DNA of 29,330 bases. Source: Bdellovibrionota bacterium (lineage in GTDB: Bacteria; Bdellovibrionota; UBA1018; UBA923). The DNA lies in NCBI GenBank assembly GCA_040754655.1, contig JBFMCE010000052.1, positions 1-29,330 of the forward strand, read 5' to 3'. The position numbers and the translations under genes are program-made. The notes beneath the pieces are model-generated. The model was not told the DNA's origin and searched no databases. It was given only the letters and a program-made list of their open reading frames with translations. Below, one piece after another: positions 16,960-26,501 of this stretch. Each line of letters opens with the position of its first letter. The first letter of the stretch is position 1.

Positions 16960-18129
16960 TCAGTACAAGTCGTAACGCAACAGACGGCATTCGATCGGTC
17001 CATTAAACAAAATATGTCTACGCGCGGCCTTCAAACCGACGTGCTTTGCAAGCTCAAGATTGCCCGTGAGCACGAAAGCCTTCCAGTTCTTCATGCGTTG
17101 CTTAAAGGCATCACCCATTGTCTTGTAAAGCGCCTGCAAAGATTGCTCTTCCCCGATTCGCTCGCCATAAGGAGGATTCACGATGATCACGCCCGGGCTC
17201 TTGCCCACCGGTTGAAGCGCTTCGATCGAACGCCGTTCAAAGTGCACGACACGGCTCAATCCCGCCTGCGCCGCATTCTCAAGCGCCGAAGCGACCATCC
17301 TAGCATTGACGTCATACCCAACGATCGGGAAATCGAGCTTCTTCAAGGCCTTCTGCCTCGCTTCTTCAAGGACCTCGCGCCACAACTCCTGGTTGAAGTC
17401 TGGCCACCTGAAGAACCCGAATTTCTTCCGATAAAGGCCTGGCGCGATGTTAAGAGCCTTGAGCGCAGCTTCTATCACCAAGGTTCCCGATCCGCACATT
17501 GGATCAATAAAAGGGCTCTTCCCGTCCCAACCGCTCATCGCTACCACGGCGGCAGCGAGGTTCTCTTTCAATGGGGCAAGAGCCCCATGAATTCTATAAC
17601 CTCGCTCATGCAAACTTGGTCCTGAGGCATCAAAGCTCAAGATGCAACGACCCTCCTTCAAATAGGCGTTCACCCGCAAATCAGGGTCCTTCACATCCAC
17701 GTTGGGACGCGCGCCCTGTTTGAGGCGAAGCTGGTCAACGATGGCATCTTTGATCTTCAGCGCGACAAAATGCGAGTGTGAAAGCCTAGAGTTCGATGGC
17801 TTGTCGCCTTCGAGCTCTCTCTCTCTTTTTGATGAAGAGATCGTACAATCAACTGAAAATGTTTTGTCGGAATCGAGGTAATCCTGCCACTTCACGCGAC
17901 GAACCTGGTCGTAAAGCATCTCCGGGGTTTTCGCTGCAAATTCACGCACCTGCACCAATACCCGGGATGCGCTTCGCAATGACAAGCAAGCCCGGTACAA
18001 AAGGCGCTGGTCGCCCTCGAAAGACACTCCCCCTGGCATGACGTGTATTTCATTTGCGCCTAGGCTTCTCAGCTCTTCCGCTGTTATTGGTTCAATTCCC
18101 TTTGACGTGGTCGCGAAGTATTGGCTCAT
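16960..18129 (-). CDS. rlmL: THUMP-domain rRNA methyltransferase (RlmL-like, 23S m2G2445)
   Basis: THUMP N-terminus, LHERGYR, APLKENLAAA, DPMCGSGT, NPPYGER and NGPIEC motifs. Confidence 0.92.
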   Translation of the reverse strand: MSQYFATTSKGIEPITAEELRSLGANEIHVMPGGVSFEGDQRLLYRACLSLRSASRVLVQVREFAAKTPEMLYDQVRRVKWQDYLDSDKTFSVDCTISSSKRERELEGDKPSNSRLSHSHFVALKIKDAIVDQLRLKQGARPNVDVKDPDLRVNAYLKEGRCILSFDASGPSLHERGYRIHGALAPLKENLAAAVVAMSGWDGKSPFIDPMCGSGTLVIEAALKALNIAPGLYRKKFGFFRWPDFNQELWREVLEEARQKALKKLDFPIVGYDVNARMVASALENAAQAGLSRVVHFERRSIEALQPVGKSPGVIIVNPPYGERIGEEQSLQALYKTMGDAFKQRMKNWKAFVLTGNLELAKHVGLKAARRHILFNGPIECRLLRYDLY

Positions 18130-18198
18130 CTAAATTTCAAGCTCCGATATTGGCTGGACTGGCTTTTCAAGCCGTTAGCTGTTAAATAATTGCCCCTT

Positions 18199-18942
18199 AT
18201 GGATACCAAGGTCGCGTTCATAATGGCAGCCGTAATTTTCGACGGGATAGCTGGTTTATCGGGGGGGGTCCTTCCTACGGCGTTCGTTCGAAAGCACATC
18301 ACCGCGCTCTTGGCGTTCGCAGCGGGTACGCTCATTGGAGCTTCATTTCTTGAGCTGCTTCCTGGAGCTTTCGCTTCGCAGGTGCCTTACCAACAGATCT
18401 TATTGGCCGTGCTCGTGGGATTCGCAGGGTTTTATGTCGTGGAAACCTTCCTCGGGAGCCACGCCGCCGGGCAGTCTGGGCATAAACACAGCGCCATCGG
18501 GCCCTTGATCTTGGTTGGCGATGCTTTGCACAACGCAGCCGACGGAATCGCGATCGCCGCCGCCTTCATGGCTGATATCAAAACGGGGATCGCGACCAGC
18601 CTTGCCGTGATCGTTCATGAGGTTCCGCAGGAGATCGGTGATTATGCAATTCTGATCTCGCACGGTTATTCCCGGAAAAAAGCCCTGCTTTTGCTCATCA
18701 TCGTTCAATTTGCCGCTCTTTTCGGAGCGCTCTTTGCCCTTGGCCTGTCTCACATTACGGCAACAATATCGCCGTTCCTCATGGCATTATCGGCCGGAGG
18801 CTTCATCTACATCGCGGCGGCCGACCTACTGCCAGAGTTGCAGCGCCGCAAAGACACGAAGCGGCGATTCGTGAAATTCATCAGCTTCTGCGCCGGAGTG
18901 GGCATCATCGGCTTGATTAAGCTTTTCTTGCACGACCACTAA
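18199..18942 (+). CDS. ZIP-family metal transporter
   Basis: FAAGTLIG, His-containing loop, DALHNAADG, HEVPQEIGD and YIAAADLLPEL motifs. Confidence 0.92.
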   Translation: MDTKVAFIMAAVIFDGIAGLSGGVLPTAFVRKHITALLAFAAGTLIGASFLELLPGAFASQVPYQQILLAVLVGFAGFYVVETFLGSHAAGQSGHKHSAIGPLILVGDALHNAADGIAIAAAFMADIKTGIATSLAVIVHEVPQEIGDYAILISHGYSRKKALLLLIIVQFAALFGALFALGLSHITATISPFLMALSAGGFIYIAAADLLPELQRRKDTKRRFVKFISFCAGVGIIGLIKLFLHDH

Positions 18943-19042
18943 GAAGGCCTTCGCCCAATAAATAGGGGCTCGAATCATTTTTTTGAATAAATCTTGCACG
19001 ATCTGAATCGCGAACTACAACTGGTTCTACGAGGTAAGCGTT

Positions 19043-20176
19043 ATGCGCATCGCACAGATCGCCCCGCTTTTCGAGAGTGTGCCGCCGAAACTGTACGGGG
19101 GCACTGAGCGCGTCGTTGACAATCTCACTCGCGGGCTCCTGGCGGAAGGCCACGAAGTCACGGTTTTCTGCAGCGGAGACTCGAAAGTTCCAGGCGAAAT
19201 CCACGCCGTTCATCCAGAGTCTTTGCGGCTCTCAACGCAAAAAATCCTTGATCCGGTCGCTTATCAATTCAAGGCCTTAGCTGCGGTCGCCGAGAGAGCG
19301 CATGAATTCGACGTGATCCACAATCACTATGACTATCTCTTGCTCGCGCTAGAACGCATGTGCTCGACCCCGCTTGTCACCACAATGCACGGCCGCATGG
19401 ACCTTCCTGATCTTCCCATTGCCTTAGAAGGGTATCGCGACTCGGCTTTGGTGAGCATCAGCAATGCTCAAAGGCGTCCTTTGACTCGCATGAATTGGGT
19501 TAAGACGATTCAACACGCGCTCAATGCCAGCGAGTTTCGCTTCTACGAAAAGCCAGGAAGATACCTCGCTTTTTTGGGTCGGTTCTCGCCTGAAAAAGGG
19601 GCGCACCTGGCGATCGAAATCGCACTGAAATCAGGTATACCCCTGAAAATGGCGGCAAAGATCGACGAACCTGACCGGGAATATTTTGAAAAGATCTTGC
19701 GACCCAAGATTGACGGCAAGTTTATCGAATACGTTGGAGAAATCTCGGAACCGGAGAAGTCTGATTTCCTGGGAAACGCGCTTGCTCTTGCGTTCCCTAT
19801 CAACTGGCCCGAGCCCTTCGGCCTGGTGATGATCGAAGCGATGGCGTGCGGAACCCCTATTCTCGCACGACCCGTTGGTTCGGTGCCCGAGGTAGTGACT
19901 GAGGGCATCACTGGCTTCATACGCGAGAGCGTCAATGAACTTGCCGCCCTTGTTGTCACTCAAATCCCTAGATTGAACCGCAGAAGAATTCGATCTCATG
20001 TTGAAAACCGCTATTCGATCGAGCGCATGACGCAGGAGTATCTAGATGTCTATCGAAACCTTGGAAAAAGCAGAGAAGGAGCGATTTCGGAAATCAAACG
20101 GTTCGCTCACCATCGACGGAATTTCTTACATTCCGTCAACGGTTCTGCTGACCGAGATACAAAAGGTATCGCTTAA
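19043..20176 (+). CDS. GT4 glycosyltransferase
   Basis: PPKLYGGTERVV, GRFSPEKG and WPEPFGLVMIEAMACGTP motifs; GAGG RBS. Confidence 0.93.
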   Translation: MRIAQIAPLFESVPPKLYGGTERVVDNLTRGLLAEGHEVTVFCSGDSKVPGEIHAVHPESLRLSTQKILDPVAYQFKALAAVAERAHEFDVIHNHYDYLLLALERMCSTPLVTTMHGRMDLPDLPIALEGYRDSALVSISNAQRRPLTRMNWVKTIQHALNASEFRFYEKPGRYLAFLGRFSPEKGAHLAIEIALKSGIPLKMAAKIDEPDREYFEKILRPKIDGKFIEYVGEISEPEKSDFLGNALALAFPINWPEPFGLVMIEAMACGTPILARPVGSVPEVVTEGITGFIRESVNELAALVVTQIPRLNRRRIRSHVENRYSIERMTQEYLDVYRNLGKSREGAISEIKRFAHHRRNFLHSVNGSADRDTKGIA

Positions 20177-22307
20177 AGACAATCGGCTCTTTGCAGTTCT
20201 TGACGCAAAGGGAGAGTCTCCGAGCATTTACAGAAAAGAACTCGGCTACTACTTCCGCGACACGCGTTATCTCACGACCTGGGACTTGACTGTCAATGGC
20301 CAGCAACTCATTCACTTGTCCCATAACCTACGAGGTCTCGGAAATTCGTGCGTCTTCACCTTGACTAATCGGGATCTGCCAACGCTTGACGGCAAGTCAA
20401 GAATCTTGCGTGACAATCTACTGATGCGGAAGATCGTGACGCTCTATCAAGATACTGTCTTTGAACACATTGAGTTCACCAATTACAGCAAAGAACCGCA
20501 GCTCATCGAGATACAGCAGGCGGCTGAGAGCAGCTTCGATGATATCTTTGAAGTCCGGGGATTTTCTCGGCGCACGCGCGGAGAGGTCTTGAACCCCAGT
20601 GCAGGAAGATCTTTTCCGGGCGTTGTGCTCGAATACCGCGGGCTTGACGACAAGCTCAGGCGCACTTACATCCAAACCTACTCGGGCACGCCACGCATCG
20701 AACTGTACGGGAAAACGGCCGTGCTCACGCATCGAGTATTGCTTCAACCCAAATGCCGGTATGACTTGAAAACGGTGCTCTCATTTGATCAACCTTCCGA
20801 CGGAAAGCTTGCGGGCGAGAGCTTTCGAGAGATCACGGTCTCTGAGCACAACCATCTCGTGGACTCGACCAATTCTCACGCGTATCTCGGGGAAGCGAAC
20901 ATCGAGTCCGACAATCCCATCTTCGATCGGTGCATCAAGAACGCCAGGTTGGATGTTGAGATGCTCACGACCTTTGATTCGTCAACAGGTCTTGTTTACC
21001 CGTACGCCGGGATTCCCTGGTTCTCGGCCCCGTTCGGTCGCGACGGGCTCATTACCGCTTATCAATGCCTGCCTTGGTTCCCCAACCTTGCCGCCGGCGT
21101 CCTCGAGTACGCGTTCCGAACGATCGGCACAGCAATAGACGCCTTCACCGACGAAGAACCTGGCAAGATCTTCCACGAAGTTCGCGAAGGCGAGATGGCC
21201 AATATGCGGGAGGTACCCTTCATCCCTTACTATGGTTCAGCGGACTCGACTCCGCTGACGCTCATCTTGCTTGGCGAATACATCGCGTGGACGGCGGATT
21301 ACAAGCGGCTGCGAGAGTGGTGGCCGGCTGCAAAAAAAGCACTCGGTTGGTTAGACGAATGGGGCGATTCTGATGGCGACGGATTCTTAGAATACATCAA
21401 AAAATCCGCAACGGGGCTTGATAACCAAGGCTGGAAGGACTCTCACGACTCCGTGATGTATGAAAACGGGGAGCTCGCGCGTCCGCCGATCAAACTCTGC
21501 GAGGTGCAAGGTTACGCGTATAGAGCCAAACGAGTCATGGCGCTGCTCGCTCCATTGGCGGGGGAACCCGCTCTGGCGGCTGTGCTTGACCAGCAAGCGC
21601 TCAAACTCCGTGAGAGCTTTCAGCGACACTTCTGGGATCCGCAAGAGCGTTACATATACTTGGCGCTTGATGGAAAAAACCGCCCGTGCAAAGTGATGAG
21701 TTCAAACCAAGGCCACTGCCTTTGGTCGGGAATCGTGGATCCCTCGCAAAGCGAAAGCATCGCGAACCACTTGATGTCAGCCCGTCTTTTTAGTGGTTAC
21801 GGCATCAGAACGCTGGCCGCGGATGAACGCGCATTCAACCCGATGTCGTACCACAATGGCAGTGTGTGGCCGCACGACAACAGCATCATCGCCGAAGGAC
21901 TGCGCATGTATTCCCAGTCGACTCACCTGCAGAGCCTGGGAGACGCGTTGTTCGACGTGGCTGGCGTAAGCGACGATTTCAGGTTGCCCGAGCTCTTTTG
22001 CGGTTTCCGGCGGCGAAACCTGGAACCGCCCGTTCCTTACGAAGTGGCTTGCAGACCTCAAGCATGGGCGGCAGGCTCAATTTTTCTCGTGCTCAAGGCG
22101 TTATTGGGAATTCAAATGAAGATCGATTTCAACACGGTGGTGTTTAGAAACCCGCTGCTCCCCTCGAGAGTCTCAAGCCTTGAATTGAAAGATCTGCATA
22201 TCAGGGAGTCAAGCATCCAAGGAGCCGTTTACCGAGGACGCGGGAATGTCTGCCAAGTCGAAATTTTAAACCGAAAGGGACCGCTTGAGGTAATGGTAGC
22301 GAAATGA
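20046..22307 (+). CDS. Amylo-alpha-1,6-glucosidase / glycogen-debranching-like protein (GDE_N plus alpha/alpha barrel)
   Basis: DTRYL, AGIPWFSAPFGRD, EEPGKIFHE, YYGSADSTP, NQGWKDS, SYHNGSVWPHDN, LPELFCG and PQAWAAG motifs. AGGAG RBS at 20033. Confidence 0.92.
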   Translation: MSIETLEKAEKERFRKSNGSLTIDGISYIPSTVLLTEIQKVSLKDNRLFAVLDAKGESPSIYRKELGYYFRDTRYLTTWDLTVNGQQLIHLSHNLRGLGNSCVFTLTNRDLPTLDGKSRILRDNLLMRKIVTLYQDTVFEHIEFTNYSKEPQLIEIQQAAESSFDDIFEVRGFSRRTRGEVLNPSAGRSFPGVVLEYRGLDDKLRRTYIQTYSGTPRIELYGKTAVLTHRVLLQPKCRYDLKTVLSFDQPSDGKLAGESFREITVSEHNHLVDSTNSHAYLGEANIESDNPIFDRCIKNARLDVEMLTTFDSSTGLVYPYAGIPWFSAPFGRDGLITAYQCLPWFPNLAAGVLEYAFRTIGTAIDAFTDEEPGKIFHEVREGEMANMREVPFIPYYGSADSTPLTLILLGEYIAWTADYKRLREWWPAAKKALGWLDEWGDSDGDGFLEYIKKSATGLDNQGWKDSHDSVMYENGELARPPIKLCEVQGYAYRAKRVMALLAPLAGEPALAAVLDQQALKLRESFQRHFWDPQERYIYLALDGKNRPCKVMSSNQGHCLWSGIVDPSQSESIANHLMSARLFSGYGIRTLAADERAFNPMSYHNGSVWPHDNSIIAEGLRMYSQSTHLQSLGDALFDVAGVSDDFRLPELFCGFRRRNLEPPVPYEVACRPQAWAAGSIFLVLKALLGIQMKIDFNTVVFRNPLLPSRVSSLELKDLHIRESSIQGAVYRGRGNVCQVEILNRKGPLEVMVAK

Positions 22308-22332
22308 TTTTGAGTGCTTCTCAAAAACTCGG

Positions 22333-22833
22333 TTAAAAGGGACTGCGGCCGGCGTACAAACCCCGCAACGTAATGCATTGGCCGGAACGGCAATCTTCCA
22401 CTTTTGCGATGCGCGCTTCACGTGGGCAATAGCGCCCGACCGGCACGGTGCGAACTACGATATCTCGTTCTAAACTTGAAGGCAGCTGGTCGCACCCATC
22501 GGCTTCCTCGGCTTGAGCGCGATCGTCGGCAAAACGCAACGATTTTGGCTCTAAATGCCACGACCAAGCCGAATTGTGCGCTCCCCCACGACGGACTTTC
22601 CCCAACAGAACGCGGTGAGGCGCTTGGCCAGCCGTATACTTCAGCACATGGTCAATGGCTTCGCGGGCTTCAACGACCACTTGAAACTCTTCAGCGCCGT
22701 ACCGAAAGGTCACCCAAAGTCCCTGTTTTGGCCGCTCAACCGCGTGAGCAGGCGCGCTCATGAAAAGCACTAACTGTAGCGCACCCATGCAAAATGAAAT
22801 GACTTGAATACAAGCTTGTTTAAAGAAACTCAT
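22333..22833 (-). CDS. Secreted BP74-related protein
   Basis: Signal-like N-terminus (APAHA); G-K-V...NSAWSWHLEP...CD.LP...YCP pattern recalled from BP74 N-terminal domain proteins. Confidence 0.65.
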   Translation of the reverse strand: MSFFKQACIQVISFCMGALQLVLFMSAPAHAVERPKQGLWVTFRYGAEEFQVVVEAREAIDHVLKYTAGQAPHRVLLGKVRRGGAHNSAWSWHLEPKSLRFADDRAQAEEADGCDQLPSSLERDIVVRTVPVGRYCPREARIAKVEDCRSGQCITLRGLYAGRSPF

Positions 22834-22847
22834 TTTCCACTACCCCC

Positions 22848-22863
22848 AGCAAGTCGCATTCCA
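22848..22863 (-). promoter_or_regulatory. Sigma54 (-24/-12) promoter
   Basis: TGGAATGCGACTTGCT (GG-N10-GC) directly upstream of the BP74-like gene. Confidence 0.55.
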
Positions 22864-22932
22864 AGGTCGCGACCCTAGAATTACATAGTTTAGCGAGAAA
22901 CAGCCGCTGGAGTAGGGCTGGGCAAGATTTGA

Positions 22933-23658
22933 TCAGAGCTTCTTGGGCAAATTCTTCCTCTCGACCCACTTTTTGTATTCAAGATTGAGGTCGGCAATGC
23001 CACAAAATGTCGATAGGTACCGTTCAAGCTTCTGGCCCACCGAGAGTTGAAGCAGATCATGGATGCGACATCGGCTCGCGATCATTTCCATAAGAGCGGT
23101 TGAAGCCATATAGTGCACCTTGGGCTCTACCTTTGGTGCTTGTCCCGACCCAAAAGGGTGCTCGAGCGCCTTCACATCTGAGAGGGGTTGCGCTCCAAGA
23201 AGTTTGTAATCGATCATCCCGTGTTTTGACACGTAGTTGGCTAGCCCCTCTTCCAGCCATTTCGGGACCGCGTCCTTGTACTTTTGAAATAAGACCACGT
23301 GGGCCAACTCATGGCCAAAAACCTTAGCGAAGTTTTCTTTCTGCACTTTCGGGCCGACATGCACCGAATGGTCTGATCGCTTCGCAATGGCTAGGACGGC
23401 CGGACCAAACCCGTGCACTTTCTCAAATTGACCTTGGTCTGAGTACCATCTCACCGAGATGCGTCGAATGTCCCATTCCAAGAACCTCTCCACGCGATCA
23501 ACGACACGCTGCACCTCTAACCGAGTGAGCCAAACGGGAGCCTGTGAAACCACAACGGCATTCGTCTGAATTTCAACCGCCACCGCCATATTTGCAAAAC
23601 AAACAAAGGTGCCGAAAAAGGCCAGCAGCTTAGGAATCATCAGTGAGAATTTTGTCAT
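22933..23658 (-). CDS. Secreted peptidase MA-like zinc metalloprotease (gluzincin-type)
   Basis: HELAH plus PKWLEEGLA, with a signal peptide. Start 23658 avoids overlap with the ferritin gene and fits a promoter; 23640 is an alternative. Confidence 0.8.
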   Translation of the reverse strand: MTKFSLMIPKLLAFFGTFVCFANMAVAVEIQTNAVVVSQAPVWLTRLEVQRVVDRVERFLEWDIRRISVRWYSDQGQFEKVHGFGPAVLAIAKRSDHSVHVGPKVQKENFAKVFGHELAHVVLFQKYKDAVPKWLEEGLANYVSKHGMIDYKLLGAQPLSDVKALEHPFGSGQAPKVEPKVHYMASTALMEMIASRCRIHDLLQLSVGQKLERYLSTFCGIADLNLEYKKWVERKNLPKKL

Positions 23659-23673
23659 GGAAAGATTTAACCA

Positions 23674-23689
23674 CGGCATAGCTGTTGCA
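23674..23689 (+). promoter_or_regulatory. Sigma54 (-24/-12) promoter
   Basis: CGGCATAGCTGTTGCA (GG-N10-GC) upstream of the ferritin-like gene. Confidence 0.6.
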
Positions 23690-23703
23690 CTCAACTTCGA
23701 ACC

Positions 23704-24255
23704 ATGAAAAAGAGCCAATTCGTAATGGATGTCCTAGAAATCAGGCGCCGCGCGCGAGAACACCTTGAAAATGGCGCGGTCACTGAGAGTTATGGCGCTG
23801 ACCGAGAAACGGTGATCCGGCTTCTAAACGAGGCCTTAGCCACCGAACTGGTGTGCACGCTGCGCTACAAAAGGCACTATTACATGGCGAAGGGCATCCA
23901 CAGCCAAGCAGTGGCAGCCGAGTTTTTAGAGCACGCCAACGAAGAGCAACAACATGCCGATATGCTCGCTGAACGCATCACCCAACTCGGAGGCGAACCC
24001 AACTTCGATCCCGCCGAGCTTACCCGAAACAGCCATAGCGAATACGTCGAGGGCGACTCGCTCTTGTCAATGCTGCAAGAGAACCTGGTCGCGGAACGCG
24101 TCGCCATTGATTCGTATCGCGCGATGATCCAGTATCTCGCTGATAAGGATCCGACAACGCGCAGGATCCTCGAAGAAATCTTGGCAACGGAAGAAGAACA
24201 CGCCGAAGACCTCACGACCCTGCTTGATCGCATCGAAATCCCAAAGGCAAGTTGA
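23704..24255 (+). CDS. Ferritin-like / bacterioferritin-Dps family protein
   Basis: LNEALATELVCTLRYKRH, EEQQH, ERITQLGGEP, AERVAIDSY, DPTTRR and EEEH di-iron motifs. Confidence 0.92.
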   Translation: MKKSQFVMDVLEIRRRAREHLENGAVTESYGADRETVIRLLNEALATELVCTLRYKRHYYMAKGIHSQAVAAEFLEHANEEQQHADMLAERITQLGGEPNFDPAELTRNSHSEYVEGDSLLSMLQENLVAERVAIDSYRAMIQYLADKDPTTRRILEEILATEEEHAEDLTTLLDRIEIPKAS

Positions 24256-24281
24256 GTCGAACACCCAACACGCGACTGGCG

Positions 24282-25946
24282 TTAGGCGGCTTTTTTTCCG
24301 CTTGGAGCCGTTCGATTCCCGGAAGGATGCCCAAGCCAAGGTTGAATGAACGCCTCACGCAGAATCTTCTCGCCCACTCCGGGAAAATAAATCTTCAAGT
24401 TAGGGCCGATGCGCTTCATTACTTCTCCGACGCCCCATTCATTGTGCTGCACGTAGTTGCCCGCGCTCAGCGTGCTTGCCGAAGTTACGGGTTTTTCAAG
24501 CTGTTTTCTGCAATTATCGCAATATCCGCAAGGCTCTTGCAGATCCTCGCCAAAGTAACGCAGCAAATAGTACCATCTGCACAGATGACTTCTGACGTAA
24601 CGAACCACCTCATCGAGCCTGGCTTGATCTTCGGTCTTGCGGATTTCCCAGTGTTTTATCATCGATTGCACTTCCAACGGGGAAGGCTTACGCACGAGCT
24701 TGATCTTGCGTCCATCCATCTTGAGAAACGAAAACTTCTCTAACGTCTTGAGCATAAGACCTAGTTTTTTCTTACCCGCCTGGGACTCAATCTGGGTTTG
24801 CGAAATGACGCTTCCCAGGTCAAACGAAAAGATAGCGGCGATCATTCGGTCTACCATTTCGATCGTCGGATATTTCCTGAGCTGCAAGACCCTCTGAAGC
24901 GCCCTGTCTTTTGAGGTGTAAAACAAAACGCCGTAAGCTCTTTTCCCATCACGCCCCGCCCTACCCATCGCTTGATAATAAGACTCGATGGAACTTGGGA
25001 TCTGGTAATTAATGACGAAACGCACATCCGGCTTGTCGATTCCCATGCCGAATGCGGAAGTGGCTACCATGACCACGCTCTTGCCATTCATGAATCTTTC
25101 TTGAGCAAGCCTGCGCTCTTCTTTCTTCATGCGCCCGTGATACCTGAAAGCGGTGAGACCGAAGTTTCTCAACTTCTCGGCAAGCATTTCAGTTTGTTTC
25201 ACTGATGAGCAATAGATGATGCCGCTCCAATCATGAGCACGGCAAAGACGTTCGAGAAGCCGTAGAAGGAGCTTCTGTTTCTCGCCGTCATCGCGAAATT
25301 CGCGCGCCTTTAAGATCAGGTTGTCGCGTCGATATGAAATTCGAATCACCCTCGAATTCTTCCTGAAATGCAGCCTCTCTTGAATGTCTCGAGTTACCTC
25401 CGGAGTGGCCGTCGCCGTGAGCGCCAACACCGGCGGATGCCCCAATGCTTCGACGGCCCGGGAAAGGCCGAGGTACGCCGGCCTGAAGTCATGACCCCAC
25501 TCTGAGATGCAGTGCGCTTCATCTACGACGAATAAAGAAACGCCTGCTCGCCGAAAAGCGGCGAGCACTTCCGGGTTTTCGAGTTTCTCCGGGGTCACGA
25601 ATTGGATGTCCATCTTCCCCTGCCGAAGCTGCTCAATCGCATGGCGCGTCTCTTTGCGCGTGAGCTCGCTAGAAAGATGCTGGCTCGTGACTCCCATGCT
25701 GATGATCTTTTGATGCTGGTCCTTCATCAACGAAATCAGGGGTGAAACAACGATCGTGGTACCAGTCAAAAGTTGGGCGGGAATTTGATAGCAGAGCGAC
25801 TTCCCCGCCCCAGTGGGCATGATGGCAAGAGCGTCACCACCAGCGAGAACCTGCAGCATCGTTTCTAATTGTCCGGGACGGAAATGGGGAATATCTAACT
25901 GCTGGGCCAATGACCGAATTTTAGCCCGCAGCGTCTTGTCTGCCAT
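24282..25946 (-). CDS. recQ: RecQ-family ATP-dependent DNA helicase
   Basis: MPTGAGKSLCYQ, VDEAHCISEWGHDFRP, LTATA, FGMGIDKPDVR, GRAGRDG and the Zn module CR...CGYCDNC. Confidence 0.95.
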   Translation of the reverse strand: MADKTLRAKIRSLAQQLDIPHFRPGQLETMLQVLAGGDALAIMPTGAGKSLCYQIPAQLLTGTTIVVSPLISLMKDQHQKIISMGVTSQHLSSELTRKETRHAIEQLRQGKMDIQFVTPEKLENPEVLAAFRRAGVSLFVVDEAHCISEWGHDFRPAYLGLSRAVEALGHPPVLALTATATPEVTRDIQERLHFRKNSRVIRISYRRDNLILKAREFRDDGEKQKLLLRLLERLCRAHDWSGIIYCSSVKQTEMLAEKLRNFGLTAFRYHGRMKKEERRLAQERFMNGKSVVMVATSAFGMGIDKPDVRFVINYQIPSSIESYYQAMGRAGRDGKRAYGVLFYTSKDRALQRVLQLRKYPTIEMVDRMIAAIFSFDLGSVISQTQIESQAGKKKLGLMLKTLEKFSFLKMDGRKIKLVRKPSPLEVQSMIKHWEIRKTEDQARLDEVVRYVRSHLCRWYYLLRYFGEDLQEPCGYCDNCRKQLEKPVTSASTLSAGNYVQHNEWGVGEVMKRIGPNLKIYFPGVGEKILREAFIQPWLGHPSGNRTAPSGKKAA

Positions 25947-25958
25947 AAGATAGAATTT

Positions 25959-26498
25959 TTAAGCAAGAGCGGTGCCAGCCGGTACCTGAACATAAGCCAA
26001 GTAGTGCTGAAGCTCTTTGATCGATTCTTGAATGTCATCGAGGGCTCGATGACCATCGGCTTTCTGCATGACGATATTGTATTTTGAACGAAAAACTTCC
26101 TTGAATGAAGTGACGTCGACCAGGCGGTAATGCAACTTTTTCGCGAATTCCGGCATGTGTTTGTCAACGAACCGCTTATCATTCCCAACGCTGTTCCCGC
26201 ACAACACTATTTTTTCATTCGCCGAAAAATGCTTGGCCGTAAGTTCAATCAATTCCTTCTCGACCGTCGGCAAAGGTGTTCCATTTGGGACGGCCGCCGT
26301 CAAACCGCTCTTGCCATGCGTCTTTTTGCACCACTCACCCATGTTTTCGAGCACTTCATTGGGTTGATAGACGATGCGGTGGTAAGTTTCAAGCGCTTGA
26401 AAATTCAAGTCCGTGATGACCACGGCGACCTCAAGGATCTTGTCGATGTTCTCATCAAGTCCTGTCATTTCAAGGTCTATCCAAAACATCTTGCGCAT
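25959..26498 (-). CDS. orn: Oligoribonuclease
   Basis: WIDLEMTGL, CGNSV..D..F, LHYRLVDVTS and HRALDDIQESI motifs. Confidence 0.96.
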   Translation of the reverse strand: MRKMFWIDLEMTGLDENIDKILEVAVVITDLNFQALETYHRIVYQPNEVLENMGEWCKKTHGKSGLTAAVPNGTPLPTVEKELIELTAKHFSANEKIVLCGNSVGNDKRFVDKHMPEFAKKLHYRLVDVTSFKEVFRSKYNIVMQKADGHRALDDIQESIKELQHYLAYVQVPAGTALA

Positions 26499-26501
26499 GC
26501 C

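Noticed and set aside
16945..17625. 226-aa + strand ORF
   Set aside because: It is antisense to rlmL, has no recognisable motif and is best explained as a shadow ORF.
17815..17826. (CT)6 microsatellite in rlmL
   Set aside because: It is short, in frame and encodes RERE in a variable loop of a housekeeping gene.
22308..22326. TTTTGAG-TGCTT-CTCAAAA hairpin between convergent genes
   Set aside because: The stem is AT-rich and weak, so it cannot be supported as a terminator.
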